Shown piece after piece: positions 1-12,542 of a stretch of 64,000 nucleotides of DNA. Numbering within the stretch: the first letter of the stretch is position 1; each line of letters begins with the position of its first letter. The position numbers were made by a program, and so were the translations under genes. Where the stretch lies: assembly GCF_006345805.1 (NCBI RefSeq), contig NC_042997.1, positions 171,802,001 to 171,866,000 of the forward strand, given 5' to 3'. Source of the DNA: Octopus sinensis (taxonomy: Eukaryota). The notes under the pieces were generated by a model. It ran no database searches. It was not told the origin of the DNA and saw only the letters and a list, made by a program, of their open reading frames with translations.

Positions 1-430
1 TATATCCCACTAATCACAATGCACTTCCTTGCATAGTTGTAGATTATGAATGATGCCACCCTGCAGGCTAAGCAGATAGGGCAATATTCTTCCTGAATGG
101 AATGCCAATAATATTAGAATTATAAAAACACTAAAACACATTAAATGCACATAAAATCATGTTACAATAAATAAGAATAAAAGTATATAAAATCATATTA
201 AAATGCAGTAAATGCTAAAATATACACCATAAGGTAGTGCAGCCTAGTTCACTAAAGCATGAAATCAGCTGTGTTGTCTTTCAAAGCTCATATTGCACTG
301 GTGGTTCCAAAATCTATCATTAGGCATTGTCACGATTCTCGCTATTGTTTTGAATTCAGATTTGTTTACATCCATTTATTGTTTAGATTCTCTCATTTAC
401 ATTCATTTGTAACTTTAATTTTTGCCCCCC

Positions 431-1480
431 ATGCCTCCTAAGAAAAGTTCTGGTGAAAGTGCTAAGCATCATGTTATAACACTAAAGGATAAGTTGTCGA
501 TGACAAAATGTCATGAAAAAGATGAAAAATTTGTAGCAATCGCGCAATCTTTTGGGGTGAGTTGGACAACTGTATCAATGATTGTGCATAATAAGGACAA
601 GATCTTAACACATATCACATCTGAAGCCCCAAGGATGAAGAACACTGTCATCAGCAAGAAAAGAAGCAAAATTTTTGAAGAAATGGAAAGTCTTCTATCT
701 ATTTGGATCAATAGGCAGAATCATCAGAAAGCCACTCTTAGTCAAGAAATCACTCAGGAGAAAGTGTTGTCCTTGTTTGAGGACCTGAAGAAAAAATACC
801 CAGATGCAAAAGATGTAGAGTTCAAAGCAAGTCAAGGATGGTTTATGAGATTTAAAAACCAGAGAAATTATCACTTCCTAATCCCTTTCGTTACTGTATT
901 TATTTTGAGATGCTCTGTATTTCTTTCAGTTTCTTTAAAAATAACAAAGAATTTAGTAAAATAATTTAGTCATCATTCAGCTAGTGTTAGGAACATAAAT
1001 TGTGACTAAGGTTGGTGGAAGATTTTAATTCAAAACTTATGAAAACAAGATATTTGTACTCAGAGCCAGAGGTGGTTTCAGCCGGGTTGGTAACGAAAGG
1101 GTTAAGAAGCAAGGTGAAAGCACATCAGCTGATGAACATGCAGCAGCAGAATTTCCTGCAACATTGAAGATCATCAAAGAAAACAAGCAACAAAATAAAG
1201 AAGAAGAGCAAGTTGAACCTGAGCCATGCCACTTCATTAAGAAAAATGCAGCAAGCATTTACACACATCGAAAAAGGTCTTGCTATGTTCAAAGTTATGG
1301 ATTCAAATGCTCAATGCTTTTCCAAGATTATGAGGGCTTGTCACGATGCCTTTGGTCCTTATGAAGTAATCATTGAAAATAAAAGACAGTTCAAGGCACT
1401 CTTGACCAGTACTTTAAATGCATTGAGCGACAGCAAGAACTGCCAGAATCAGCTGTTGATGCTGACGTTGACAATCCTAG
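431..1480 (+). mobile_element. Tigger/pogo-family (CENP-B-like) transposase remnant, internally deleted and interrupted by a MITE
   Basis: ORF 422..964 has HTH_psq and CENP-B HTH motifs (ITLKDKL...IAQSFGVSWTTVSMIVHNKDKIL; EEMESLLSIWI; EFKASQGWFMRFK). Frameshifted C-terminal-like sequence follows at 1164-1480. No DDE core is visible. Confidence 0.85.
883..1101. mobile_element. piggyBac-like MITE (CCC...GGG, TTAA target); family copies at 25760-25974 and 45770-45989
   Basis: TIR CCCTTTCGTTAC/GTAACGAAAGGG. The other two copies are flanked by TTAA on both sides and share the same ~220-bp body. Confidence 0.8.
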
Positions 1481-1910
1481 CCATCTACATCAACAATGTA
1501 AACACCTCCGAATTTTACGTATTGCTAAATTTAAAAGACCTTATTTTAAAAAAAATTTTATTACAAAATAATAATTATTTGTTTGTAAGCTTAAAATAGG
1601 TCTTTATTAACTGTGTCATATTGTAAATGCATTCATAAATAACGTACAGCACTGGGGAATGGCTATTAGCAATGTAAACACCACCAAATTGTACATATTG
1701 GTAAATTTAAAATATTTTATTTTTTTTAATGCATTACAAAATAATAATAATAATAAATAATATGTTAATATGTATACATATGTATACATGTATGTGTATA
1801 TATATATATATAATATATATATATATATTATATATATATATGCATATATATACATATATATATATATATATAATATACGTATGTGTATATATCTATATAT
1901 ATATATATAA

Positions 1911-2248
1911 ATAAATGAAAGAATGGAGTTGAACGACGATTTAACAAAATTCCTTTATTCTCGACATATGTTTCGAAGGCTGCATATTCCTAATTTCGAA
2001 GGAATAAGGGGTGCATTATAATGGAATATTTTAAAGAACACTCATTATCGCTATGGGCTCCGTGTGGGCAGTCATCTAAAAGTTTTTGTTCATCTTGATG
2101 CTGACATAAGTTCCTTGTTTTTCCTGATGAGAAGGCGGCATAATGCATCCCTTATTCCTTCGAAATTAGGAATATGCAGCCTTCGAAACATATGTCGAGA
2201 ATAAAGGAATTTTGTTAAATCGTCGTTCAACTCCATTCTTTCATTTAT
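1911..2248. repeat. ~110-bp inverted repeat typical of a Penelope-like element pseudo-LTR end
   Basis: 1911-2019 is the near-exact reverse complement of 2140-2248. It lies next to Penelope RT fragments. Confidence 0.75.
2111..2209 (+). ncRNA. Type I hammerhead ribozyme (Penelope-type, palindromic stem III)
   Basis: CTGATGA (2124-2130); stem II GAAGGC...GCCTTC; GAAA (2185-2188); C-ATAT-G; GTC cleavage triplet (2194-2196); GAGAA...AAGGAA pairs with upstream TTCCTT...TTTTC. Confidence 0.75.
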
Positions 2249-2397
2249 TTGTATTAAAAAAAAACACAAATTTCCACACGAAAGCACATGATCTCTGCCC
2301 TTGGCATGTAGCTTCAACCGTGTTCTTCTGACGTGAATTTGCTACCCAGGTATCGGTTAACCGAATTATCCATACTAAGATAATTCATTCAACTACT

Positions 2398-2452
<55 letters not shown>

Positions 2453-3758
2453 CAAAATGGGACAAGAACGCAAAACATTTGGACAGTTATGTGATACAAA
2501 AATGGGACAACAAAACATCCAGATAGACGATACAAAGAAAACAAAGATAGGTCATTCGAATTTCCTTTCCTCAGTCAAGTACCAGATTATCTTCGCAATT
2601 TCATGTATATATGTATATACTGTAATCCCTTGCCATATTGTGGTTCACCTATCACAGTTCATTAGTTAAGCTTATGTCAATTCCTCTGTGGTGTTGTTAT
2701 AATAAAATAAATATATATAATTATAAAAATAATTTAAAAAATATACTCCACCTTGCTCTTGTTGATCATCTCCATGCACTTCTCCACCGCAAAATCCACA
2801 TTGATCGATGGGTATAGGGATACCACATCCATGCTACCCACCATACATCCTGACAGGTCGCAAGTGTTGTTACAGTCATTGATCCCGCTGAGATCTTCCG
2901 TGCTGTCACAAAAATCAGGTAACATCCGGATTATAGGGCATATGATCATTGAGAGGAAGTAGGAGATCCTGTAGTTGCTAGTAATATTTGCTCAACAGAC
3001 TGGTCTTGTTGGTGTTCCTGCTACAGGGTCAGTAGTTACTTTATGGTCCTTGCGAAGTCCATACAGTGTCAGGATATCGTTGTTCCAGGCTTGGAAATTG
3101 TTAGCTGTGCATTTCTGGGGTCTTAGAACAATTGTCCACATCATCATATGGGCGTTGAGGACCTTTTCTCTCTCCTCATGCGCCTGTAAAGTTGTTACTT
3201 TTGTATTGGCAATGTGAGGTTACATTGCCTGGATGTAGTTCGGTGAGCTGTCTATAATAACATCCTGCCAGACTTATCTGTGGGAAGGCATACCACCTCT
3301 CTGTTCCTTGTGCACTGAATGAGCTTACGTAGGCCACAAGTAGGTTTAATCCCGAGTTGTTGGGCCTGTCTTATTCTGTCTCTGTCTCTTAGTGTATAGT
3401 TCTAAAATCTGTCTAAGTTTGGTCCTAGCTATAGGAACTGTGCTTCCATATGGTCATTAGTATGTCTTGGGATGCAGCCCCTTTTGTTAAAGGGTAATGT
3501 TGTCGGGTAAATCTGGCTCATGTTGTAAGATTTGTCACATATGTTGAAGAATTGAGTGTCAAAGGGGTGGGTACACATCACTACCACTATTACTGTTCCC
3601 ATCATCAACCCCACTACTATTATCACCATTATTGCCACCATTACCGCTATCATCATCACCACTACTACTACTATTACTATCACCACCACAACTATCACTA
3701 CTACCATCATTACTACTTCTACTGTTACCACCACCACCATTACTACTACCACCACCAT

Positions 3759-4168
3759 GGATCTTTTCGGTTTGAACAGCAGTTTTTTTCTAGCGGTGCC
3801 ATATGAAATTGTCACCCATAATTATGACCCTAGTATCGATCTATTGCATTTCTATCTGTTTTAGGGTTAGAGGTGGGGGGAGGTATCTTTTTTTCTTCAC
3901 AAATATAAATAAACCCAATCTGTTTCTTAAACGAGGGACATATTCATACGATACAGAATGTTTTTTACCTCAATAGACGTAATTGATTGGTTGAAATTGC
4001 GGAAATTGAAGAAAAAAAAACAACAAATATCTTACAAAGTATAGAATTTTCTCAATAAAGCCAAGAGAAAAGATGTTTTATAAACACATTCTACCAGTAT
4101 ACGAAGTTTAAAATTTTTTAGTTACCTAGAAATTATGTTAAAAGCTGCCGTTCAAACCGAAAAGATCC
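3759..4168. mobile_element. GGATC-ended MITE (~410 bp); copies at 5238-5620 (truncated), 8800-9207, 23983-24674 and 37857-38279
   Basis: TIR GGATCTTTTCGGTTTGAACRGCAG. The copy at 8800-9207 has a perfect 8-bp TSD (CAACCTTG). GG termini plus an 8-bp TSD suggest Merlin or MULE. Confidence 0.85.
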
Positions 4169-4825
4169 CACCACCACCATCAGTACTACTACTACCACTA
4201 TTGCTATTACTGTTATTCCTACCTCTGCCATTATTGCTATCATTCTGATTATCGCTAGTGATATTCTCATTGTTCTTGTTTCTGGTGTATGTGTTGTTCG
4301 TATTAGTTTTGGTTCTGTCTGTTGGTCCCTGCCATTCCCTCTGTTGTGGTTGTTATATTTGTTCCTACCAGTAGTGTTTTCTGCTTCAAGTCTACTGACT
4401 CCCTGTCCAAGAATTCTGTTGCATTCAACTTTATTCTACATCGTGACCCCCATTGACAAAAACTTTTATTCGTGTCCTTGTGACTATGGTTATCAGTGTG
4501 TGTGTTTGTGTGTCCGTTCCCCCTATAATTGTTGCTGTCGCTGTTGTATACGATTTTTTCTCTTTTTGTTTTTGTATTTGTATCTGTTGCTTGTGTTCAT
4601 GCATTCATTTTTGCTGTTGTTGTTGTTGCTGCTGCTATTGGGGTTGTAGCTGTTCGTGTTGTTTTTGTTGCTACGGTTGTTGTTGCTGAGGTTATAGTTG
4701 TACGTGTTGTTGTTGTCGTCTGTGTTGTTATTGTTGTTGTCGTTGTACATCTTTAAATTCCAACGTATTTTTGTGAACGACTTTTCAATCTCAGATAGGC
4801 ATTGGATGGTATTCACCTTATTATG

Positions 4826-5050
4826 AGCTGGCAGAATCGTTAGCACGCCGGACGAAATGCGTAGCCGTATTTCGTCTGCCGTTACCTTCTGAGTTCAAAT
4901 TCCGCCGAGGTTGACTTTGCCTTTCATCCTCTCGGGGTCGATAAATAAAGTACCAGTTTCGCACTGGGTCGATGTAATCGACTTAATCCCTTTGTCTGCC
5001 CTTGTTTGTCCCCTCTATGTTTAGCCCCTTGAAGGCAGTAAAGAAATATA
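4826..5050 (+). mobile_element. tRNA-derived SINE, family A; other single copies at ~9404-9595, 21405-21622, 39279-39487, 49415-49600 and 56045-56262 (all minus strand)
   Basis: A-box-like TGGCAGAATCGTTAG, B-box GAGTTCAAATTCC, and conserved core GTCGACTTTGCCTTTCATCCTTTCGGGGTCGATAAA (Meta-domain-like, from memory). Confidence 0.85.
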
Positions 5051-5630
5051 TATATCGCATATTTTGGTGGTAGTTGAAGTATCGATATTTCGTCCGGGTC
5101 CGTTGTTATTCCCCCATAGATGTTCGCTTCATTGTCCTTGCTGAATTCTGCTGGTAGTGGGACATCTGCCATAATAATTCCCTTTATTGTATCTGGATAC
5201 CTCTGTTTCTCTTCTTTTGCGAGTTTATAATGTTGGGATCTTTTCGGTTTGAACGGCAGCTTTTAACATAATTTCTAGGTAACTAAACACTTTTAAACTT
5301 CGTATATTGGTAGAATGTGTTTATAAAACATCTTTTCTCTTGGCTTTATTGAGAAAATTCTATAGTTTGTAAGATATTTGTTGTTTTTTTTCTGCAATTT
5401 CAACCAATCACTGACGTCTATTGAGGTAAAAAAAAAAACATTCTGTGCCGTATGAATATGTCCCTCGTTTAGGAAACAGATTGGGCTTATTTACATTTGT
5501 GAAGAAAAAAGATACCCTTCTCCCCCACCCCTAACCCTAAAACATTGAAATACAATAGATCGATACTAGGGTCATAATTATGGGTGACAATTTCATATGA
5601 CACCGCTAGAAAAAAACAGAAAAGTTCCTT

Positions 5631-5855
5631 ATGCCTTTGGTTGTCAGAAGTGAAAGTAGTCAACTTCGTGTATTTCCGTCAGGTTTATACCTTCGTTAAT
5701 TTACGCCGTTTATTTACGTACCACCACGCTGTTAGGTTTATAAAACAATTGAAGTTCAGTTTAAAGTTTATAAATAAATACATTTCATGTGTAATGTATA
5801 CACATGTGTATATATATATGTATACACATGTATATATATATATATATGTATACAC

Positions 5856-5909
<54 letters not shown>

Positions 5910-6369
5910 AGACACATCTTTAATTAAACTATTGATCGCCTTAAAACGGATTTCAACAGAAAAATATTACTATAATGGATAATATAAGCATATAACTACT
6001 TATACACACATACAATAAATACAGACACACACATTAGTCAGACATATAGCCACATTTACACACACACACACGTGTGTATGATTGGTGTATGTGATCGCGG
6101 TGGTGGTGGTCATTTGGGCAGATTTGGTGTGATTTCTTTTTTAAAAACAATAATGAATAATGCAAGAATATATTTATTTATAAAGTTTAAACAGAACATG
6201 GAATGAAATGTATTTATTTATAAACTCTAAACTGAACTTCAATTGTGTTATAAACCTAACAGCGTGGTGGTACGTAAATAAACGGCGTAAATTAACGAAG
6301 GTATAAACCTGACGGAAATACACGAAGTTGACTACTTTCACTTCTGACAACCAAAGGCATGACAGTGCC
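5631..6369. mobile_element. Long-TIR MITE (~160-bp arms) with a TA/CA microsatellite centre; left terminus deleted
   Basis: 5631-5790 is the reverse complement of 6200-6360. The probable right end reads GGCACTGTCATGCC on the minus strand. Confidence 0.7.
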
Positions 6370-6667
6370 TGTTTATGTTTAACCACAACAATTTCTGTTT
6401 GAAGTGTCTATTGCACTGGTGTATAATATGTTTGTTCTCTGCATGTATTATACCCATAAATGTGGTTCTCTCTGTTCATGTAGTGATGTTTCTAATTTCT
6501 CTTAATAATATGCGTTTGCGTTTTTCTTGTTCACTTAGTTCTTTGTATATTTTGTTTTTAATATTCACCATCAGCGTTCTGGGGTTGGAGAAGAGGAACC
6601 TGCTACAGAAAGTATGTGAAACGTTGGAAGGATGTGATGAGAAAGGTGGGTGTTAGTAACCCAGCTT

Positions 6668-7121
6668 GGCGATGTTTCGCTTGTCGTAGCACAGGTTTCC
6701 GTCGATTTCCTCCGTCGATTTCCGTAAAAAACTTATATTTTTTTACATAAGTAATGAGAGCGAAAGAGACTAAGAGGAAGCGATTTTATGACGAGGAAAT
6801 TTCTCTTTGAAGTCCCCGTGTGTGTGTTTGATGGGGTGTGGGAGACAGAAAGTATGTTGTGTAAGTGAAGTGCTTCTGTTAGTGTGTGTGAAGAGACAGA
6901 GAGAGTAATGTGTGAAAGAAAGAGATAACTGAAATTTTTTACTCGGTGTATGTGTATATATATGTCTGCATGTATGTGTGTGTGTACGTATCTATGTATG
7001 TGTGTGCGTATGTATGTATGTATGTATGTATGGCCGATTCAGTGTTTACATTTTTTACGGAAATCGACGGAGGAAATCGACAATCGACGGAAACGTGTGC
7101 TACGACAAGCGAAACATCGCC
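6668..7121. mobile_element. GGCGAT-ended MITE with 8/9-bp TSD
   Basis: TIR GGCGATGTTTCGCTTGTCGTAGCAC...TTTCCGTCGATTTCC. Flanks are (A)CCCAGCTT and (C)CCCAGCTT. The body is shared with the element at 11992-17344. Confidence 0.85.
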
Positions 7122-7641
7122 CCCCAGCTTAATCATCAAAGAAAGGAAAAAATTAGTTGCTAGGCATCATAGGCTGCCGGGTTCAAATTTGGAACCTGCA
7201 TTTTCCCCCTTTTTCGTTTTAACATATGATATGTTTTCTATTTTTATAAAAAAAAAACGCACAAAAGTTCTCGTTGTAAAGGCAAAAGTAAGCCAATGAT
7301 TCGTTTAAAGGCAAAAATAAGCCAAGTTTTCGTTTATGTCATATTACAACTAAATTTTTAAAAGTCATTCGAACTCATATAACATTCTTTGTATTTGTCT
7401 GTCTTGTTATGTCCCTATCTAAGATCGCATGATAATAATAAAGATTTAAAGCTTTTCAGCTTGGCCTTTGGTGAGATCAAGCAGTTTAACGTTGGATGTG
7501 ATTCTGTTAATGCATATTTTGGAGGAGACACATTGTTGAATAAACTGAAGGCTGTTGAGTCGTCACGGTTTTCCGTAGGCAACTGAATACAATTGTCCTT
7601 CAGCGTCTTGCTAGCCTGGCTATGGCTCACGTTGTTACGTT

Positions 7642-7942
7642 TATATATTTGTTTTGCAAGATTTTTGATGTGAAATCGTGTGTTGAAACAGATATTGTTG
7701 TATTTAGGAACTGTCATTTTGCCAGTTTAGCCAATAAAAACACACAGGAGTGTGACGAAAGAACTCTGGCCGAAATAAGATTAAGATTAATGTAAAAAAT
7801 AAATAACGCTGAAGCAAAGTAACACCAAATATATAGTGCGTGTATTTTTATTGGCTAAACTAGCAACATGACCATTCCTAAATACAACAATATCTGTTTC
7901 AACACAATTTCACATCAAAAATTTTGCAAAACAAATATATAT
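7642..7942. repeat. ~100-bp imperfect inverted repeat (possible PLE-type end)
   Basis: 7642-7745 is the reverse complement of 7840-7942, and the repeat abuts a TA microsatellite. Confidence 0.6.
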
Positions 7943-9913
7943 ATATATATATATATGTGTGAGTGTATGTATATCTATTTATACATATATGTGTGTACAT
8001 GTATATATATATGTATATATATATATAAATATATACATGTATATGTATATAACTATATATATATACATGTATATGTATATAACTATATATATATATGTAT
8101 ATGTATATAACTATATATACATATGTATATGTATATAACTATATATACATACATGTATATGTATATACCACTTATATGTGTGTGTGTATACACACACTCA
8201 CACACACAGCCATGTAGTTACATTCAAGGCCAGATTAGCAAATAACTGATGCCTTAAGCCATAACCCAGCATTGTCTGACTGACAAGACATGAATGTGAA
8301 ATAATAGATTAAATATTCATTTGTCTTCCAGGCCATCCTCCAGGCCAGATCCCACAACTCTATTAAATATAACCTGTTTTTGGTTTTGTTTTTGATTTTC
8401 ATTTGTCAATCTTTATTTATTTAACACTAAATAGCTGTAAACAATATTAGCAAATTATTAACTGAATAGTCTACCTGTGCTGTCAATAATGATAGTCATA
8501 TGTGTTTATCTTGCTTAAAATGTATTGAAAAGGATAATACAATTTAGTTAAAATACAGAAAACTATACCTATTTTTAAATACAGATATTTACATTTAATG
8601 AGACTTTATATTGAATGATCTATATAAGAAAACATTATTTATTATAATTATTATTATTCCTTCGTAACACAGTGTAGGTAAAAATGCACTGGAGTCTTTA
8701 GTAATCTATCAAGTCACAACAAGGACCCAGAGAGATAATACTTTCCTTAAGATGTGCACTGTGCTCAATAAGGCTGCTTTTTGCAAGACAACAACCTTGG
8801 GATCTTTTCGGTTTGAACGGCAGTTTTTTCTAGCGGTGTCATATGAAATTGTTACCCATAATTATGACCCTAGTATCGATCTATTGCATTTCTATCTGTT
8901 TGAGGGTTAGGGTTAGTTAGGGTATCTTTTTTTCTTCACAAATGTAAATAAACCCAATCTGTTTCTTAAACGAGGGACATATTCATACGGCACAGAATGA
9001 TTTTTTTACGTCAATAGACGTCAGTTTGGTTGAAATTGCAGAAATTGAAGAAAAACAACAACAAATATCTTACAAAGTATAGAATTTTCTCAATAAAGCC
9101 AAGAGAAAAAGATGTTTTATAAACACATTGTACCAGTATACGAAGTTTAAAATTTTTTAGTTACCTAGAAATTATGTTAAAAACTGCCGTTCAAACCGAA
9201 AAGATCCCAACCTTGCATTTTTCATACTTTGTGAGAGTAAGCAAATAGGAAATAACAGTTGATACACAAGGAGAAAAATCGTACTACACAGTGTAATAGC
9301 ATGCAGAATATTGAGCTAAAAATTACTTGGGATGTTAAAGAAGTTGAAGGTTGCCTATGGTACTCAAATCCACATCTGCGTTTGAAATGTTGCATTCATA
9401 TGTTTCTTTATTACCCACAAGGGGTTAAACACAGAGGGGACAAACGAATTAAGTCGATTACATCGACCCCAGTGCGTAACTGGTACTTAATTTATTGACC
9501 CCGAAAGGATGAAAGGCAAAGTCGACCTCGGCGGAATTTGAACTCAGAACGTCAGGGCTACACATTTCGCTAACGGTTCTGCCAGCTCGCCGCCTGTTGC
9601 ATTCATGTAATAGTTAGAACGTTTGTCATGTTCACTGAAGAGGAGGGTCGGGCAGCCTTTGACTGTTTTGCATCAAAATGGTTTTTTAACACAAAATGTT
9701 TCATGTTATTACTTTTAGCTTTATCAACTTCAAACTTCATTGCAAACAAAAACTAAAGATGTAACAGAGACGTAATATTACTCTAACAGCAGCTGCGAGT
9801 TAACATTGTTGATTGTAAAAAGAATATTGCTAAAATTGGTTCGATAGGATGTGCGAATATATACCATTGCTTCTAGTCTTACTTCTATCAGAGAAAAGGC
9901 ATCAACGAGAAAA

Positions 9914-10309
9914 TCTTTATATATAAAAGAGAGGTTGTGTGCTGTCTGTCTCCTACGATTTAGATTCCTAACTATTCCCACATTTTGCGGTGCAGTTTAA
10001 CCAAAACCGGGTATCTTATAATCGTGATTCATATCGAGCCCTTCTGGGTATTAGCGCGCGTCTACGATGAGTCTACGATTTAAAAAAAAATTTACCATCA
10101 ATTATTCCCATTTTTAATGCATTTTTGGCATATATAAGGGAAGTAACTCTCTAAAAATTTTTATTAAATCTCAGAACGTAAAAAGCTACAGTAACACCCC
10201 CCCTTTGTGGTTAGCCATATGGAGATGGCTATTATACTTTACATCTCTAAAAATGCTTATATAGTTATTTCCCTTACAAACCCGAGCAACGCCGGGCGAT
10301 ACTGCAAGT
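9914..10309 (+). mobile_element. Non-autonomous Helitron
   Basis: 5' A|TCTTTATATATAAA. 3' hairpin CCCGAGCAACGCCGGG followed by CGATACTG-CAAG|T (a variant of CTAG). Confidence 0.8.
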
Positions 10310-11420
10310 AATTACATAAAAATCAACGGTGGAAATGTTTTCTTCTGAGGAAACACATACATACGCTTAATCTACACACGTGATATAACTGTCCGGTCTG
10401 TACCATACGTATAATTATATCAAATAATTTAATTTTAATTGGAAGAAACTTAACTAATGAAAATTAACAAAACATTTCCATCAATCCATTTATTAAATAT
10501 TTATTTATAAACAAGAAGAAAATTGAAAAAAATGATGATTTACATTCGCTGGACACTCGTGACCCCATCCCCCTGCATTTCCGTCACTGTATTAAAATTA
10601 AAATTAAATTAAAATTAGCCATTTTAATTAATATTACATAAAGATACACGACGTCATGTGAAAGACATTTATTATTATATGCTTTTAAAAAAACAAGACA
10701 TTCTTTTAATTGATGTCATTGAAATTTTATAGTGAAATTTCAATGAAGGAGCCTTTGGTTTTATTTTATTATTTTATTTTTTTTCGTTTATCATTCGTTA
10801 AATTTAACACTGCGATTTCAGCAGATGATCCAGCTTTACAAACAAAAGCTGCTGATTGGTTAAAATTTGAAACCAATCTGCCGTTTGATTGGCCAAAATA
10901 CTGAACGACGTCTTTATAATAGAAATACTGGTGATATTATATCAGATGCTGAGAGTTCGCCATGTCTGGCGGATGTTATTTTGCATTCGTCATTCTAACC
11001 CTAACTATTTAGGGTTATAATGTTGTTTTTCGAGGATTTGTTTTCAATATTAGCAACAACAAAAAAACGTCCTTTGGTGTATTCTCAGTTGTTTCACCCT
11101 ACGTATGAAGAATCTATCTATACTTTGCTTCTTTCTTTGATAAATGTTTTGAGTTGCGACAGTGAAGGGGTTCGCTCCGAAGCTGACGCACCTTACTTTA
11201 TCAATAAATAGACCATAGATGTAAGGTTCAGATTCCATACAACATTAAAATTGCTAACCCAGATGAAATCTCTATTGTTACAAGTAATCTCTAGGGAAAA
11301 ATGGTGTTAGCGACATTCCTTTTTTTTTTTTTTTTTTTTTTGTTCCTCTACTTCACCGAAATTTACTTATTCTTTTCATTTGTTGCATTATTTTCCTATA
11401 TTATTTTAGTATGGTTTGCA

Positions 11421-11630
11421 GGTACTACATGAGAACAGTGGTCCCGGTTCGCTAGTCATGACTAGTCGATCCTCACTTTGTGTTTTTGTGTTATTTACTT
11501 TGTGTTTTATTTATTTTGTTTAACAAAAATTATTTTGTCTTTTATTTACTTCGCTAGGTAGTTGTAGGATCGACTAGGTAGCGCGACTCTGCGAGTGCAC
11601 GCACCGGGACCACTGTTCTCAAGTAGTACC
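11421..11630. mobile_element. GGTAC-ended MITE (210 bp)
   Basis: TIR GGTACTAC(A/T)TGAGAACAGTGGTCCCGGT. 9-bp flanks TGGTTTGCA / TCGTTTGCA. Confidence 0.8.
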
Positions 11631-12542
11631 TCGTTTGCATGTGTTATCCTTTTATTTTCATGCATGTCCCAAAATTAATACAAATTTTTACTATTTTTAA
11701 GGCTGACACCGAGTGACAAAACGAGGTTTGAGTTTCTTTTATAACATGGCTGTTTTTATCTTTAACTAAGCAGTATCGCCCGGCGTTGCTCGGGTTTGTT
11801 TCGACCCTTTAGGAATTTTTGAAAAGCAAAAATTTTGCATTATGTAGCTTGTTTTTCTCTTAAAGTGAACATTCTTCTGGTTGAAATACACCGAAAAATG
11901 GCGACACAGCAGTCCAAAACATCGTAAAAAATAGGAATTTTCATAGAAAAAAGCACCCTTTTGATGTAAATGGTCCGATTTAAATTTTTTCGGCGATCTT
12001 TCGTCTCTAGTAGACCTTTCCGTCGATTTCCGTAAAAAAAATTTTTTTTTTACGTATGGGCTTGCGGGAACTTTTGAAGGGTACTTGTCTATTGTCGTGG
12101 TCCCGGTTTCTCACACGCGAATTCGCGCGCGCGCGCGCCAGACGTAGGTACTCGATACTCGAGATCCTACGAGGTGACTTGCGCATGCGCGTTACCCCCC
12201 CCTAAAAAAAAGGTGTTGGATTTCACTAAAAATATATATGTGTGTGTGTGTATATAACATTTTCAATTTTACACAAAAAAATTACATAGTCGCTTTCCTC
12301 GCGGATTTACAGATAAATGAATTAATTACTATTTTACAGAATAAAATTAATGAATTAATTATATAAATTAAATAATTCTTGAAAATTAATTAATATTAAT
12401 AATATTTTTTGAACAAAGTAAATAATTTATAAAACTTGGTTAATAATTTTTTTTACACAAACCGCGAACGTATATAATTTGTGAAACTTTTTTTTTTTAC
12501 AGACGTATATAATTTGGTAAACTTAATGAATTAATTTCTTCT

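Larger units (their letters stand above)
2734..5235 (-). mobile_element. Degenerate Penelope-like retroelement (RT region) interrupted by a MITE, microsatellites and a SINE
   Basis: ORF 2734..2949 has the PLE RT motif GSMDVVSLYPSINVDFAVEKC. Upstream fragments (ILQLPPKYAIY; CLSEIEKSFTKIRW) resemble the PLE N-terminal region. Confidence 0.7.

Noticed and set aside
7389-7717. Overlapping ORFs 7389..7586 and 7415..7717
   Set aside because: No recognisable motif, and they partly overlap an inverted-repeat arm; there is not enough support for a gene.
8903-8923. TTAGGG telomeric repeats
   Set aside because: Only 2-3 imperfect units, and they are an internal part of the GGATC MITE in several copies.
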